A DNA stretch of 64,000 nt from Candidatus Binatia bacterium (GCA_963664535.1 OY761465.1:2063879-2127878); one strand, 5' to 3'; positions 8,272 through 17,362 are shown, counted from the stretch's first letter. Translations and numbers: made by a program. Notes: generated by a model not told the origin, from the letters alone.

Positions 8272-10650
8272 ATGACACGGACTTACATCGGGGCGTCGAT
8301 CCGGCGCGGCGAGGACATTCGTTTCCTGACCGGCAGGGCCACGTTCATCGACGACGTGAAGCTGCCCGGGATGCTGTACGCGGCCGTCCTGCGGAGCCCG
8401 CACGCGCACGCGCGCATCAAGTCGGTGGACGTGTCGGAGGCCCTGAAGCTCGCGGGGGTCGTCGGCGTGCTCACCTTTGCGGATTTGCCGGCGGGCGTCA
8501 AGCCGATCCCGCTGCGCATGTACCAACTGGATGGGCTGGACCGCTTCCTGCAGTACCCGCTGGCCCGGGGCAAGGTCGCCTACGTCGGCGAGCCGGTGGC
8601 GCTGGTGGCGGCGGTGGACCGCTACGTGGCGGAGGACGGCGCCGACCTGATCCAGGTGGAGTACGAGCCGCTGGGAGTGGTGCCGGACGTGGAGGCGGCG
8701 CTGCGCGGCGACGTCATCATCCACGAGGAGCAGGGCACCAACGTGGCCGGCGGCCACGACATCAAGCTGGGCGACGTGGACGGGGCGTTCCGCGACGCCG
8801 AGTACACGCGCAAGGAGGTGTTGCGGACGCACCGTCACACCGGCAACCCCATGGAGACCCGCGGCCTGGTGGCGTCCTGGGACGCGGGCCGGAACGAGGT
8901 GACGGTGTGGGGGATGACCAAGGTGCCGCACTTCAACCGCGCGGTGCTGTCGTCGCTGATGGAGCTGCCCGAGCATCGCATCCACTTCGTGGAACCCGAC
9001 GTGGGCGGCGGCTTCGGCATCCGCGGCGAGTTCTACCCGGAGGACTACCTGGTCCCCTACGCCGCCATGAAGCTCGGGCGACCGGTCAAATGGATCGAGG
9101 ACCGGCGCGAGCACCTGATGGCCGCCAACCACTCGCGGGAAGTCCACTGCGAGCTGGAGATCGCCGCGCGGAAGGACGGCACGCTCCTGGGCATGCGCGC
9201 CCACATCCACGGTGATATGGGCGCCCACATCCGCACCCACGGCGGGCTGGTGCCGGCGTCCACCGCCGGAGTGCTGCCCGGCCCCTACCGGATCCCGGCC
9301 TACGAGGCCCACATACGCTGCGTCATGACCAACAAGATGGGGGTGGGGACCTACCGCGCGCCCGGGCGCTACGAGTCCTGCTACTTCCGGGAACGCATGC
9401 TCGACATGGTGGCCGAGGACCTGGGCATGGACTCCATCGACCTGCGCCGCAAGAACCTCATCCAGCCGGAGGAGATTCCCTACGAGCTCGGCCCTACCCG
9501 GCCCGGCATCGCCTCCACCGTGTTCGACAGCGGCGATTATCCCCGGGCGCTGGAGCACGCCCTGGAACGCTTCGGCTGGGACGAACTGCAGCCGCTCCAG
9601 GGGCAGAAGCGGGACGGGCGCTACCACGGCATCGGCATCGGCTGGTTCGTGAAGAACACCGGCCTCGGGCCGTCCGAAGGCGCGCGGGTGGCCATCACCG
9701 GCCCGGAGAGCGTGGCCGTCTACCTGGGCATCGCCACCCTGGGACAGGGGCACGAGACCATCATGTCGCAGATCTGCGCCGACGCCCTGGGCGTGCCCAT
9801 GGAGTGGATCACCGTGTTCCACGGCAGCACCGACCTCATGCCCTGGGGCGGCGGCACCTATTCCAGCCGCGGCACGGTCATGGCCGGCAACGCCGTGCAC
9901 CTCACCGCCCAGGCGCTCAAGAAACGCCTGCTGGAGGTGGCATCGCGACGCCTGGAGACCGACCCGGGCGGGTTGGAGTTCCACTCGGGCAAGGTCCATG
10001 CCGCCGGCACCGACCAGCCGCTGCTGGGGCTCGGAGACCTGCTGGAGATGACGAAGCCGGGCAAGGTCGCGGGCGACGTACCCGGCCTCGAGGCCACCGA
10101 GTACTTCCACAACAACCTGCTCACCTACACCTACGGCGGCCACCTGGTCCACGTGGCCGTGGACCCCGACACGGGAATGGTGGAGATCCTGCGCTACCTC
10201 GTGCTGGAGGACGTGGGCCGCGCCGTCAACCCGCTGCTGGTGCACGGTCAGGCCCTCGGCGCCGCCGCCCAAGGCATCGGCGGCACCCTGCTGGAAGAGC
10301 TCGTCTACAACCAGGACGGCCAGCTCCTGACCACCACCCTGCTCGACTACCCGCTCCCGTCCGCCACGGAGATCCCGCCGGTGGAGAGCATCATCACCGA
10401 GTACTCCCCCTCCCCCCTGAACCCACTGGGCGTCAAGGGCGCCGGCGAAGGCGGCATCGTCGCCTGCGGCGCCGCCCTCGCCAACGCCGTCTCGCATGCG
10501 CTGTCGTCGCTGGGGATCCAGATAAAGGAGCTGCCGCTGAGCCCGGACCGGATCAGGACGCTGGTGAGGGAGGCGCTAACCCGTCATTCCCGCGAAAGCA
10601 TCCCCCCGACCCCGATCGGGGGCCGGAATCCAGGGGTGGGGAGGGGCTAA
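8272..10650 (+). CDS. Xanthine dehydrogenase/CoxL-family molybdopterin-binding (large) subunit
   Basis: Start moved to MTRTYIG; GEDIRFLTG.ATFIDD, DVGGGFG, GQGHET, GGTYSSRG, HGQ..G...QGIG..L.E, GVKGAGEGG; active-site loop is YRAPG. Confidence 0.92.
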   Translation: MTRTYIGASIRRGEDIRFLTGRATFIDDVKLPGMLYAAVLRSPHAHARIKSVDVSEALKLAGVVGVLTFADLPAGVKPIPLRMYQLDGLDRFLQYPLARGKVAYVGEPVALVAAVDRYVAEDGADLIQVEYEPLGVVPDVEAALRGDVIIHEEQGTNVAGGHDIKLGDVDGAFRDAEYTRKEVLRTHRHTGNPMETRGLVASWDAGRNEVTVWGMTKVPHFNRAVLSSLMELPEHRIHFVEPDVGGGFGIRGEFYPEDYLVPYAAMKLGRPVKWIEDRREHLMAANHSREVHCELEIAARKDGTLLGMRAHIHGDMGAHIRTHGGLVPASTAGVLPGPYRIPAYEAHIRCVMTNKMGVGTYRAPGRYESCYFRERMLDMVAEDLGMDSIDLRRKNLIQPEEIPYELGPTRPGIASTVFDSGDYPRALEHALERFGWDELQPLQGQKRDGRYHGIGIGWFVKNTGLGPSEGARVAITGPESVAVYLGIATLGQGHETIMSQICADALGVPMEWITVFHGSTDLMPWGGGTYSSRGTVMAGNAVHLTAQALKKRLLEVASRRLETDPGGLEFHSGKVHAAGTDQPLLGLGDLLEMTKPGKVAGDVPGLEATEYFHNNLLTYTYGGHLVHVAVDPDTGMVEILRYLVLEDVGRAVNPLLVHGQALGAAAQGIGGTLLEELVYNQDGQLLTTTLLDYPLPSATEIPPVESIITEYSPSPLNPLGVKGAGEGGIVACGAALANAVSHALSSLGIQIKELPLSPDRIRTLVREALTRHSRESIPPTPIGGRNPGVGRG

Positions 10651-10698
10651 GCTGTCATTCCCGCCTCCTCCGTCATTCCCGCGAAAGCGGGAATCCAG
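10582..10698. repeat. Interrupted REP (inside the XDH 3' end) plus a half and an intact CGTC-type REP
   Basis: CGTCATTCCCGCGAAAGC[ATCCCCCCGACCCCGATCGGGGGCC]GGAATCCAG, then CGTCATTCCCGCGAAAGCGGGAATCCAG. Confidence 0.85.
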
Positions 10699-10753
10699 GC
10701 GGCGTGGAGCGGGAGGGCCTTCCCGGAAACCCACGCGGCCTTCCGCCAACGCC

Positions 10754-10806
10754 TTGTCAAGGCGTGCGACCTCGGAGTATATTCCGAAATAGTCGGACTA
10801 TTCCGG
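10754..10806 (+). promoter_or_regulatory. Putative sigma70 promoter with downstream 11-1-11 palindrome
   Basis: TTGTCA-N18-TATATT then CCGAAATAGTC-G-GACTATTCCGG (one mismatch). Confidence 0.5.
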
Positions 10807-10822
10807 AGTGAGTTCCGAAAAT

Positions 10823-11986
10823 ATGCACTACCGCCGCACCCTCCGCCTTGACCTGCCGCAGGGTCAGTCCGCCTTTTTGTGGGGCCCGCGCAAGACCGGC
10901 AAGTCAACCTTGCTTCGCGAGACCTTCCCCAACGCGGCCCGGTTTGACCTGCTCGATACCCGGCTACTGCTGGAACTCACGCGGTCGCCCTGGGCGTTGT
11001 CCGAGCGCGTGGCGGCATTCGATCAAGCGACGCGGGTCCACCCCATCATCGTCGACGAGGTGCAGAAGGCACCCGCCGTCCTGGACGAGGTTCATCGACT
11101 GATCGAGAACGAAGGGTTGAGCTTCGTCTTGTGCGGTTCCAGCGCCAGGAAGCTGAAGCGCGGCCGCGCCAACCTGCTGGGCGGCCGCGCCTGGCGTTTC
11201 GAACTGCATCCGCTCACCTGGCCGGAAGTGCCTGAATTCGATCTCCTGAGGGCGCTCAACCGGGGGCTGGTCCCGCAACACTATAACGCGACGGGATACC
11301 GGCGTGCGCTCGCGGGCTACGTGGATGACTATCTGAAAGAGGAGGTGTTCGACGAAGGGCTGACGCGGAACGTGGCGGGTTTCTCGAGGTTTTTCGAAGC
11401 CCTGTCGTTCTGCCATGGAGAACTGCTGAACTACAGCAACGTCGCCAGGGACTGCGGCGTCGACTCCAAGACGGTGCGCGAGTATTTTCAGATACTCGTG
11501 GATACGCTGCTGGGTGTGTTCGTCGAGCCGTTCAGTCCGCGCCGCTCACGCGCGGTCATCACCCGCGCCCCGAAATTCTACCTCTTCGACGTTGGCGTGG
11601 CCGGGCATGTGACCGGACGCCGGCTCGAACGCGAGCAGGGCGCCGACTTCGGGCGTGCCCTGGAGCACCTGGTCCTGATGGAGCTGCTCGCCTATCGCAC
11701 CTACCGCGAATACGATTTCCCGGTGCGCTTCTGGCGTACCAAGTCGGGCCTGGAGTGCGATTTCGTGCTCGGCCCCGCGGGCGAGGTGGCCATCGAGGTC
11801 AAGGGAAGCTCCCGCGTCCGGCCCGGAGAACTCAGGGCCATGCGCGCCTACATGGAGGAACATCATCCGGCCCAAGCCGTAATCGTGTGCAATGAAGACG
11901 CCGCCCGGCGCACCAGCGAGGGCATCTGGATACTGCCCTGGAAACGGTTCCTCGAACGACTCTGGACGGACGCGCTCGTCACGTGA
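10823..11986 (+). CDS. AAA+ ATPase with DUF4143 (AAA_14 / wHTH / PD-(D/E)xK-like), paralog 1
   Basis: Walker A GPRKTGKS, Walker B IIVDEVQK, LCGSSA, LLGGRA, PKFYLFDVG, RFWRTKSGLECDFV, IEVK. Confidence 0.92.
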   Translation: MHYRRTLRLDLPQGQSAFLWGPRKTGKSTLLRETFPNAARFDLLDTRLLLELTRSPWALSERVAAFDQATRVHPIIVDEVQKAPAVLDEVHRLIENEGLSFVLCGSSARKLKRGRANLLGGRAWRFELHPLTWPEVPEFDLLRALNRGLVPQHYNATGYRRALAGYVDDYLKEEVFDEGLTRNVAGFSRFFEALSFCHGELLNYSNVARDCGVDSKTVREYFQILVDTLLGVFVEPFSPRRSRAVITRAPKFYLFDVGVAGHVTGRRLEREQGADFGRALEHLVLMELLAYRTYREYDFPVRFWRTKSGLECDFVLGPAGEVAIEVKGSSRVRPGELRAMRAYMEEHHPAQAVIVCNEDAARRTSEGIWILPWKRFLERLWTDALVT

Positions 11987-12018
11987 AGGGCTCCGGCGGG
12001 ACAGAGCTCCGTGGTCAT

Positions 12019-12399
12019 CTACCCTCCACGCTTCTTGTCGCGAATCACCGCCACCGTGGCGCCCCATCCGCCCCTCTCCGGCGGTGCATCGTGGCACGAC
12101 TCCACCAGCGGGTTCTTCTGCAGCGCCGACTGGACGATGCGCCGCTGCACTCCCTTGCCGCGCCCGTGAATGATCCGCACCTCCCGGAGCCCCTCCTCGT
12201 GGCACTGCCAGACGTACTCCTCTACTACGCTGGGAATGTCCTTGGGCGCGAACGGGTGGAGGTCGATGTGGTCCTCCAAGGGGAGGACGACTGCGTCTTC
12301 GTCGGGCGGGGTGTCGTCGTGGGGGTCGTCGTCTACCGTCCCGCGAACGTTGCGGCCTTTCGAGGCGAACGTGGCGGCAATACGCCGCAGAGCTTCCAT
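12019..12399 (-). CDS. Stand-alone Smr/MutS2-domain protein
   Basis: IDLHPF, VRIIHGRGKGVQR, GGWGAT motifs; start uncertain (12399 or 12414); the rest of the 362-aa track ORF is antisense shadow. Confidence 0.85.
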   Translation of the reverse strand: MEALRRIAATFASKGRNVRGTVDDDPHDDTPPDEDAVVLPLEDHIDLHPFAPKDIPSVVEEYVWQCHEEGLREVRIIHGRGKGVQRRIVQSALQKNPLVESCHDAPPERGGWGATVAVIRDKKRGG

Positions 12400-12457
12400 C
12401 CAAGGGGGAGGCATCCAATTATCACCATCAACCGCAGAGTGGAGGCTGTTCATATCC

Positions 12458-12486
12458 TTGCAAAACCAAACAAAGCATTTTAATTT
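12458..12486 (+). promoter_or_regulatory. Putative sigma70 promoter for a leaderless transcript
   Basis: TTGCAA-N17-TAATTT, 6 nt before ATG 12493; no Shine-Dalgarno. Confidence 0.5.
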
Positions 12487-12492
12487 GCCAGG

Positions 12493-13668
12493 ATGATTAC
12501 GCGTCGCGCAGCCAAAGACGTCCGCGTCGCTCTGGGTCGTCAGGCCGCCGTGGCACTCATCGGCCCGCGTCAGGTGGGCAAGACCACGCTGGCGCGACAA
12601 ATCGCCGACGTTGACAATAACGTATACCTTGACCTTGAGAAAAGCACGGACCGGGACAGGCTGGCCGAGCCTTGGCTCTTCCTTGAGCGGTACGCCGACC
12701 GTCTGGTGATCATCGATGAGGTCCATCGCGCCCCCGAGTTGTTTCGCGAGTTGCGCGGCCTCATCGACGAAGGCCGCCGGGCGGGCAGGCGCACGGGCCG
12801 GTTTCTTATCCTGGGCTCCGCATCCATGGACCTGCTGCGGCAGTCGAGCGAGAGCCTTGCGGGGCGCATCGAATACGTGGCGCTCCATCCCTTCGACGTT
12901 CTCGAAGCAGCGCCTGACCACGAGGCGCTCAGGAGACTGTGGGTACGCGGCGGCTTCCCGGAGAGCTTCCTGGCCGGCAACGACGCCGACAGCCTCGCGT
13001 ACCGGCTGAACTTCATCGCCACCTACCTGGAGCGGGACATGCCGCAGTTCGCGCCGCACCCTGTTCCCGCCACCACGCTGGAAAGGCTGTGGCGGATGCT
13101 CGCTCACGCCCAGGGGTCCTTGCTGAACGCCTCCGCGCTGGCCGCCAGCCTGTCCATCAGCGCGCCCATGGTGACCCGGTACGTCGATCTAATGACGGAT
13201 CTCTTGCTGGTCCGGCGCTTGGCACCCTTCGTCGCCAACACGCGCAAGCGGCTGGTGAAGTCGCCCAAGGTCTACGTCAGGGACAGCGGCCTCGTGCACG
13301 GGCTCCTCGGCATCGAGGACGAACTCACCCTCACCGGTCACCCCGTGATGGGCGCGAGCTGGGAGGGTTTCGTGATCGAGAATCTCCTGGCCGTGGCACC
13401 CTGGCGGACCCTCGCCAGCTTCTACCGCACCGCCGGCGGCGCGGAAATCGACCTGGTCCTGGAGCTTCCCGGCCGCACCGCCCCCTGGGCCATCGAGATC
13501 AAGCACAGCCTTGCTCCACGCCCCACCCGCGGATTCCATCACGCGCTGGAAGACGTGCGGCCCGAGAAGGCGTTCGTGGTGTACGCGGGGACGGAACGCT
13601 ATCCGCTGTCGCGGGAGGTGGAGGTGGTTGGGGTAAGGGAGATGGCGGAGGTGCTGAGGGGGGTGTGA
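12493..13668 (+). CDS. AAA+ ATPase with DUF4143, paralog 2
   Basis: GPRQVGKT, IIDEVH, LGSAS, ESLAGR, RLVKSPKVYVRDSG, FYRTAGGAEIDLV, IEIK. Confidence 0.92.
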   Translation: MITRRAAKDVRVALGRQAAVALIGPRQVGKTTLARQIADVDNNVYLDLEKSTDRDRLAEPWLFLERYADRLVIIDEVHRAPELFRELRGLIDEGRRAGRRTGRFLILGSASMDLLRQSSESLAGRIEYVALHPFDVLEAAPDHEALRRLWVRGGFPESFLAGNDADSLAYRLNFIATYLERDMPQFAPHPVPATTLERLWRMLAHAQGSLLNASALAASLSISAPMVTRYVDLMTDLLLVRRLAPFVANTRKRLVKSPKVYVRDSGLVHGLLGIEDELTLTGHPVMGASWEGFVIENLLAVAPWRTLASFYRTAGGAEIDLVLELPGRTAPWAIEIKHSLAPRPTRGFHHALEDVRPEKAFVVYAGTERYPLSREVEVVGVREMAEVLRGV

Positions 13669-13821
13669 GGGATGGGTTCCGCCCTGGATGCGCTACGGTC
13701 CGGGTGGATTTGGTTGCCACTCCGAAAGCTGCTGATCTCGGCTTAAGGTCGCGAAGGAAGTTGATGGATAGTATGCAAGTGTGCGATTGCCCGCAATGGC
13801 AACTCTGGAAAGGACAAAGCC

Positions 13822-14475
13822 GTGACCGATCATCACAACGACAGCCTCTCCGTTCTCCTCAGCGGCGTGCGTACCTTCCGCCAGACCGAGTACAACACCG
13901 ACCGGTCCCTCATGGCGCGCCTGTCGAAGGGCCAGGAGCCGGATGTGCTGATAGTCGCGTGCAGCGACTCGCGGGTGGACCCCGCGCTGCTCTTCGGCGC
14001 CAAGCCTGGTGACCTCTTCGTCGTACGGGTCGTAGCGAACCTGGTCCCACCGCAGGGTGACCCGATGGGACACGCGGTGATGGCGGCGGTGGAGTATGGA
14101 GTGAAGTCGCTCGGCGTCTTCCACGTGGTGGTGTGCGGTCATTCCCATTGCGGTGGCGTCAAGGCGGCGATGGACGCGGCGCGCGGGCGGGAATTGCCGC
14201 CGTTCGAGTGCCTGAGGCCGTGGGTGGCGCTTGCGGATGCGGCTTGTCGAGAGGTGCTGGCGGAGAAAGGGGACGACGCCTTGGATGCAGATATGACGGT
14301 CGCGGCGGAGCGGCGTTCCGTGCTCAAGTCCGTGGGCAATCTTCGGTCGTATTCATGGATTCGTGAGCGAGTGGAACGGGGCGAGCTTGCACTGCATGGG
14401 TGGTGGTTTGACATTGATACGGGCGAGTTATGGACGGCGGATCCCGAAACGCAAGCCTTCGCACGACAGCCTTGA
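13822..14475 (+). CDS. can: Beta-class carbonic anhydrase
   Basis: Zn ligands CSDSR and HSHCGG; PGDLFVVR, AAVEYGV..L, LHGWWFDI. Confidence 0.92.
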   Translation: MTDHHNDSLSVLLSGVRTFRQTEYNTDRSLMARLSKGQEPDVLIVACSDSRVDPALLFGAKPGDLFVVRVVANLVPPQGDPMGHAVMAAVEYGVKSLGVFHVVVCGHSHCGGVKAAMDAARGRELPPFECLRPWVALADAACREVLAEKGDDALDADMTVAAERRSVLKSVGNLRSYSWIRERVERGELALHGWWFDIDTGELWTADPETQAFARQP

Positions 14476-14580
14476 CCGCCGCCTCACTCCACCTGGATTC
14501 CGGCCTCGTCGCCTGCGGAGCCGTCCGGTCCAATGCCGTCTCCTACGGATCGTCGTCGCTGGGGATTGTCCCCGCTACCG

Positions 14581-14631
14581 CGCTGGTTGCCTCCCTTCAC
14601 CGCCAACACCCGCAAGCGGCTGGTGAAGTGA
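14581..14631 (+). pseudogene. Relic fragment of a fourth DUF4143 ATPase gene
   Basis: Translates RWLPPFTANTRKRLVK-stop, matching RRLAPFVANTRKRLVKSPK of paralog 2 (about 13213-13269). Confidence 0.6.
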
Positions 14632-14633
14632 CG

Positions 14634-15542
14634 TCAAGGCAGCGCTGGTTTGCGAAAGACCTCCCGTTGGTGCCAGTTCACGAACTCGTGTTTGGGGTCG
14701 AGGTGGCGGTTGCGGGGTGCCCGTAACTCCTGGTCGTGAAAGTCCAAGAACCAGTGACGCGGAGGCGTGACACCACTGACTTCGCTGGAAACGAGGACCT
14801 TGAAGCCTTTGCCGACGGCTGCGAGACCGAGTGCTCCCCGGTCGAAAGCCTTGTGGTGGAGCCAGCACAAGGCCAACCCATTCGACACTTCGTCTGGGCC
14901 GCCGTACGCATGCCACTTGATGTGGGCAGCTTCGACGCCAATCCGTACGTCTCCGAGCTGCACGTCGAAGTTGCATACGGCGCAACGGTGTTCGTACTCA
15001 CGCAGGACTTCGTGCCGGAAGGCAGGGTCGCGCGGCTGGACGGGAGAATCATGCATCTCCCAAGTCCGAGGAATGCCGACGGCGTCCCGGATGTCGTCGT
15101 GCAGGGACTCCGGAAAATGACCGTCCAAGAGCTTTTGTGCGGCCTCCCGGACCAGTTCGGGTGCGTTGCGGAGCATGAGGTAGGCCGATTCAGGGAACCC
15201 GCCCTCGATGCTGTGGCTCCGCAGCTCCCGGACCGAGAAATCTCCGCTTGAAGTGACCGTCAAACGGTCGCTGCCGGGGATGTCCCACAGTCCGTCCGCA
15301 CTCAGGCGGCCGAAGGGGAACTCCGGGTGCAGCGCTTTCCGAGGAGGGCCGAAACGTTGCAGCAGTTGTCCGAGTCCCGGCTCTATGTCGTTCGGGTAGG
15401 ACGCGAGCCGACCCTCGCCGTTGAGGACGCGTCCGAGTCCCAGCAAGAGCAGCAAAGGTTTATGGGGCGCACGTTGTCCCCCGCTCTTCCACACGTTGAT
15501 CTGGTCGATTCTCCCAAGAAACTCGTTGCGATTCATAGCCAA
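14634..15542 (-). CDS. SBD-HNH endonuclease, probable phosphorothioate-dependent (type IV) restriction enzyme
   Basis: N-terminal RAPHKPLLLL and FPFGRL (sulfur-binding-domain pattern); C-terminal CAVC...EAAHIKW...D.V.NGLALC.LHHKAFD. Confidence 0.8.
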   Translation of the reverse strand: MAMNRNEFLGRIDQINVWKSGGQRAPHKPLLLLLGLGRVLNGEGRLASYPNDIEPGLGQLLQRFGPPRKALHPEFPFGRLSADGLWDIPGSDRLTVTSSGDFSVRELRSHSIEGGFPESAYLMLRNAPELVREAAQKLLDGHFPESLHDDIRDAVGIPRTWEMHDSPVQPRDPAFRHEVLREYEHRCAVCNFDVQLGDVRIGVEAAHIKWHAYGGPDEVSNGLALCWLHHKAFDRGALGLAAVGKGFKVLVSSEVSGVTPPRHWFLDFHDQELRAPRNRHLDPKHEFVNWHQREVFRKPALP

Positions 15543-15626
15543 GCAGTCGACAGACTCTGCAGAATACTATGAAAATTATACGCAAACCAGCCAGCAGGTA
15601 AGGGCCGGGGCCGTCCGGTTCCAGTT

Positions 15627-16139
15627 TCACTCGCCGCGTCGGATCGGGCGGTCTGACCTTCGCGCTGGCGGGCGATCCGATATGCCTCGCACCCGCTCCC
15701 ACTCTTCCCGGTACATGTCGCCCATCGGAGTCCCCGGCTTGCTGTGCGTGATAGCGCACGGCAGGCACATCGACTCGGCTCCGCCGAACTGAACGCCTGT
15801 ATGCCGCGGGTGCTCCTGCGCGCATTCGATGCAGGTCAACAGTTCGTTGTCATAGGCAGCCTTGCGCTCCGCGTTGATCTTGGCGACCTTCGCCTTGTAC
15901 TCGGGGCTGTCCTGGTAGGCCCTCTCGACGGCATCCGCCAGGACCGATCCGCGTCCGCGGCGTCCGCGCTGTCCGAGCTTCGCGTACATGTTCTCGTAGT
16001 ACACGGCGTTGCGACTCTCGTAGAGGGCTTGGCTAAAGTAGTGTTCTTGCTGGCTCTCACTCAGCGTGTCCCAGTAGGCGACTTGGTAATCTTCCAACTC
16101 GTGCTGCTCCGTGATTGCATTTGAAACCTTGCGTTTCAT
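15627..16139 (-). CDS. Hypothetical protein with CxxC...CxxC motif
   Basis: Start MKRKVSN (GAGAGG upstream); CIECAQEH and CLPCAITH; no family recognised. Confidence 0.55.
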   Translation of the reverse strand: MKRKVSNAITEQHELEDYQVAYWDTLSESQQEHYFSQALYESRNAVYYENMYAKLGQRGRRGRGSVLADAVERAYQDSPEYKAKVAKINAERKAAYDNELLTCIECAQEHPRHTGVQFGGAESMCLPCAITHSKPGTPMGDMYREEWERVRGISDRPPARRSDRPIRRGE

Positions 16140-16216
16140 GTCATCCTCTCTTGGGTTCGCTGCGCATTCTCCTGACATAGGTACATGGTAAGTACATGCA
16201 AAGCGGGGCTGTGCCG

Positions 16217-17362
16217 CTACCCCTCAATATACCTCAACATTCGCGCCAGATTGCACACCACCCGCGGACCCCGTTCCAAATACTCCCTGCTTTGACACAC
16301 GAGGAATCGCCGGTCGGCGCCCACCAGGTCGGCGTTGGCGTTGAGCCGCGCCAGGTCTTCGGGGCCGGGGCGGGTGGTGAGCTCGATTTCGAGCGCCCAA
16401 AGCTCGGAGTCGACCTGGACCAGGAGGTCGATTTCGCGCTGGTCGCTGGTGCGGAGATGATAGGGGTGGAAGCGCCGGCCGGAGCATTGCAGTGTGCCCA
16501 GCACCTGGTTGATGACGAACCCTTCCCAGCTCGTGCCCACCCAGGGCTGGCTCAGGAGGGTGTCCCGGTCGCTCGTGTTCAGCAGCGCGTGGAGCAGCCC
16601 CGTGTCCCGCCAGTACACCTTGGGCCGTTTCACCAGGCGCTTGCGTATGTTGGCGTGGTAGGCGGGCAGGCGGCGGACGAGAAACGCGCCTTCCAGGTAG
16701 TCGAGGTAGTCGTTGACCGTATGGTAGGAGAGCCCCAGGCTCTTTCCGAGCTGGCTGGCGTTCCACTCCTGGCCGTGAACGGCGGCGACCATTCGCAACA
16801 GGCGTTGGGTCGTTTGCGGACGGGCCGTCAGACCCCAGGTGGGAAGGTCCCGTTGGGCCAGCAGGTTGAGGTGATCCCCTTGCCAGACCGGGAACCTCTT
16901 GCCGTTCAGGACGCCGCCGTCGGGATAGCCGCCGAAGAGCCATAGCCTTTGACGCTGCCGGTCGCTGGTCAGTTCGGACCAAAGCAGGGGAGTCAGCTCG
17001 ATGACGGACAGCCTGCCGGCGAGGGACTCGGAGACTTGGGTCATGAGGGCCGGAGACACGGATCCGAGCAGCAGGAAGCGTCCGTTCCGACCCCGGTCAT
17101 TGTCAATGGCACCCCGCAGCCGCGGGAAGACTTCCGGCCACGCCTGGGCCTCGTCCAGAACGACGAGTTCACGTCCATCGACCGCTTCCTCCCACGTGAG
17201 GTCCAGGCTCAGGCGGTCCGGGTCCTGTTCGAGATCGAAGTATCGCCCGCCCAGCGAACGGGCCAGTGTCGTCTTGCCGCATTGGCGCGGACCGACCACG
17301 GCGACGGCGGGATAGTCCGCCAGCCGGGCGCGCACGATGGGCATTGTCCTCCGCGTGAGCAT
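16217..17362 (-). CDS. AAA+ ATPase with DUF4143, paralog 3
   Basis: GPRQCGKT, VLDEAQ, LGSVS, ESLAGR, RLVKRPKVYWRDTG, HLRTSDQREIDLL, LEIE (Glu in place of the usual ExK lysine). Confidence 0.92.
   Translation of the reverse strand: MLTRRTMPIVRARLADYPAVAVVGPRQCGKTTLARSLGGRYFDLEQDPDRLSLDLTWEEAVDGRELVVLDEAQAWPEVFPRLRGAIDNDRGRNGRFLLLGSVSPALMTQVSESLAGRLSVIELTPLLWSELTSDRQRQRLWLFGGYPDGGVLNGKRFPVWQGDHLNLLAQRDLPTWGLTARPQTTQRLLRMVAAVHGQEWNASQLGKSLGLSYHTVNDYLDYLEGAFLVRRLPAYHANIRKRLVKRPKVYWRDTGLLHALLNTSDRDTLLSQPWVGTSWEGFVINQVLGTLQCSGRRFHPYHLRTSDQREIDLLVQVDSELWALEIELTTRPGPEDLARLNANADLVGADRRFLVCQSREYLERGPRVVCNLARMLRYIEG

Noticed and set aside
8272-10650. Aerobic CO dehydrogenase (coxL) call
   Set aside because: The loop is YRAPG, not AYxCSFR or AYxGAGR, and no coxM/coxS genes are adjacent.
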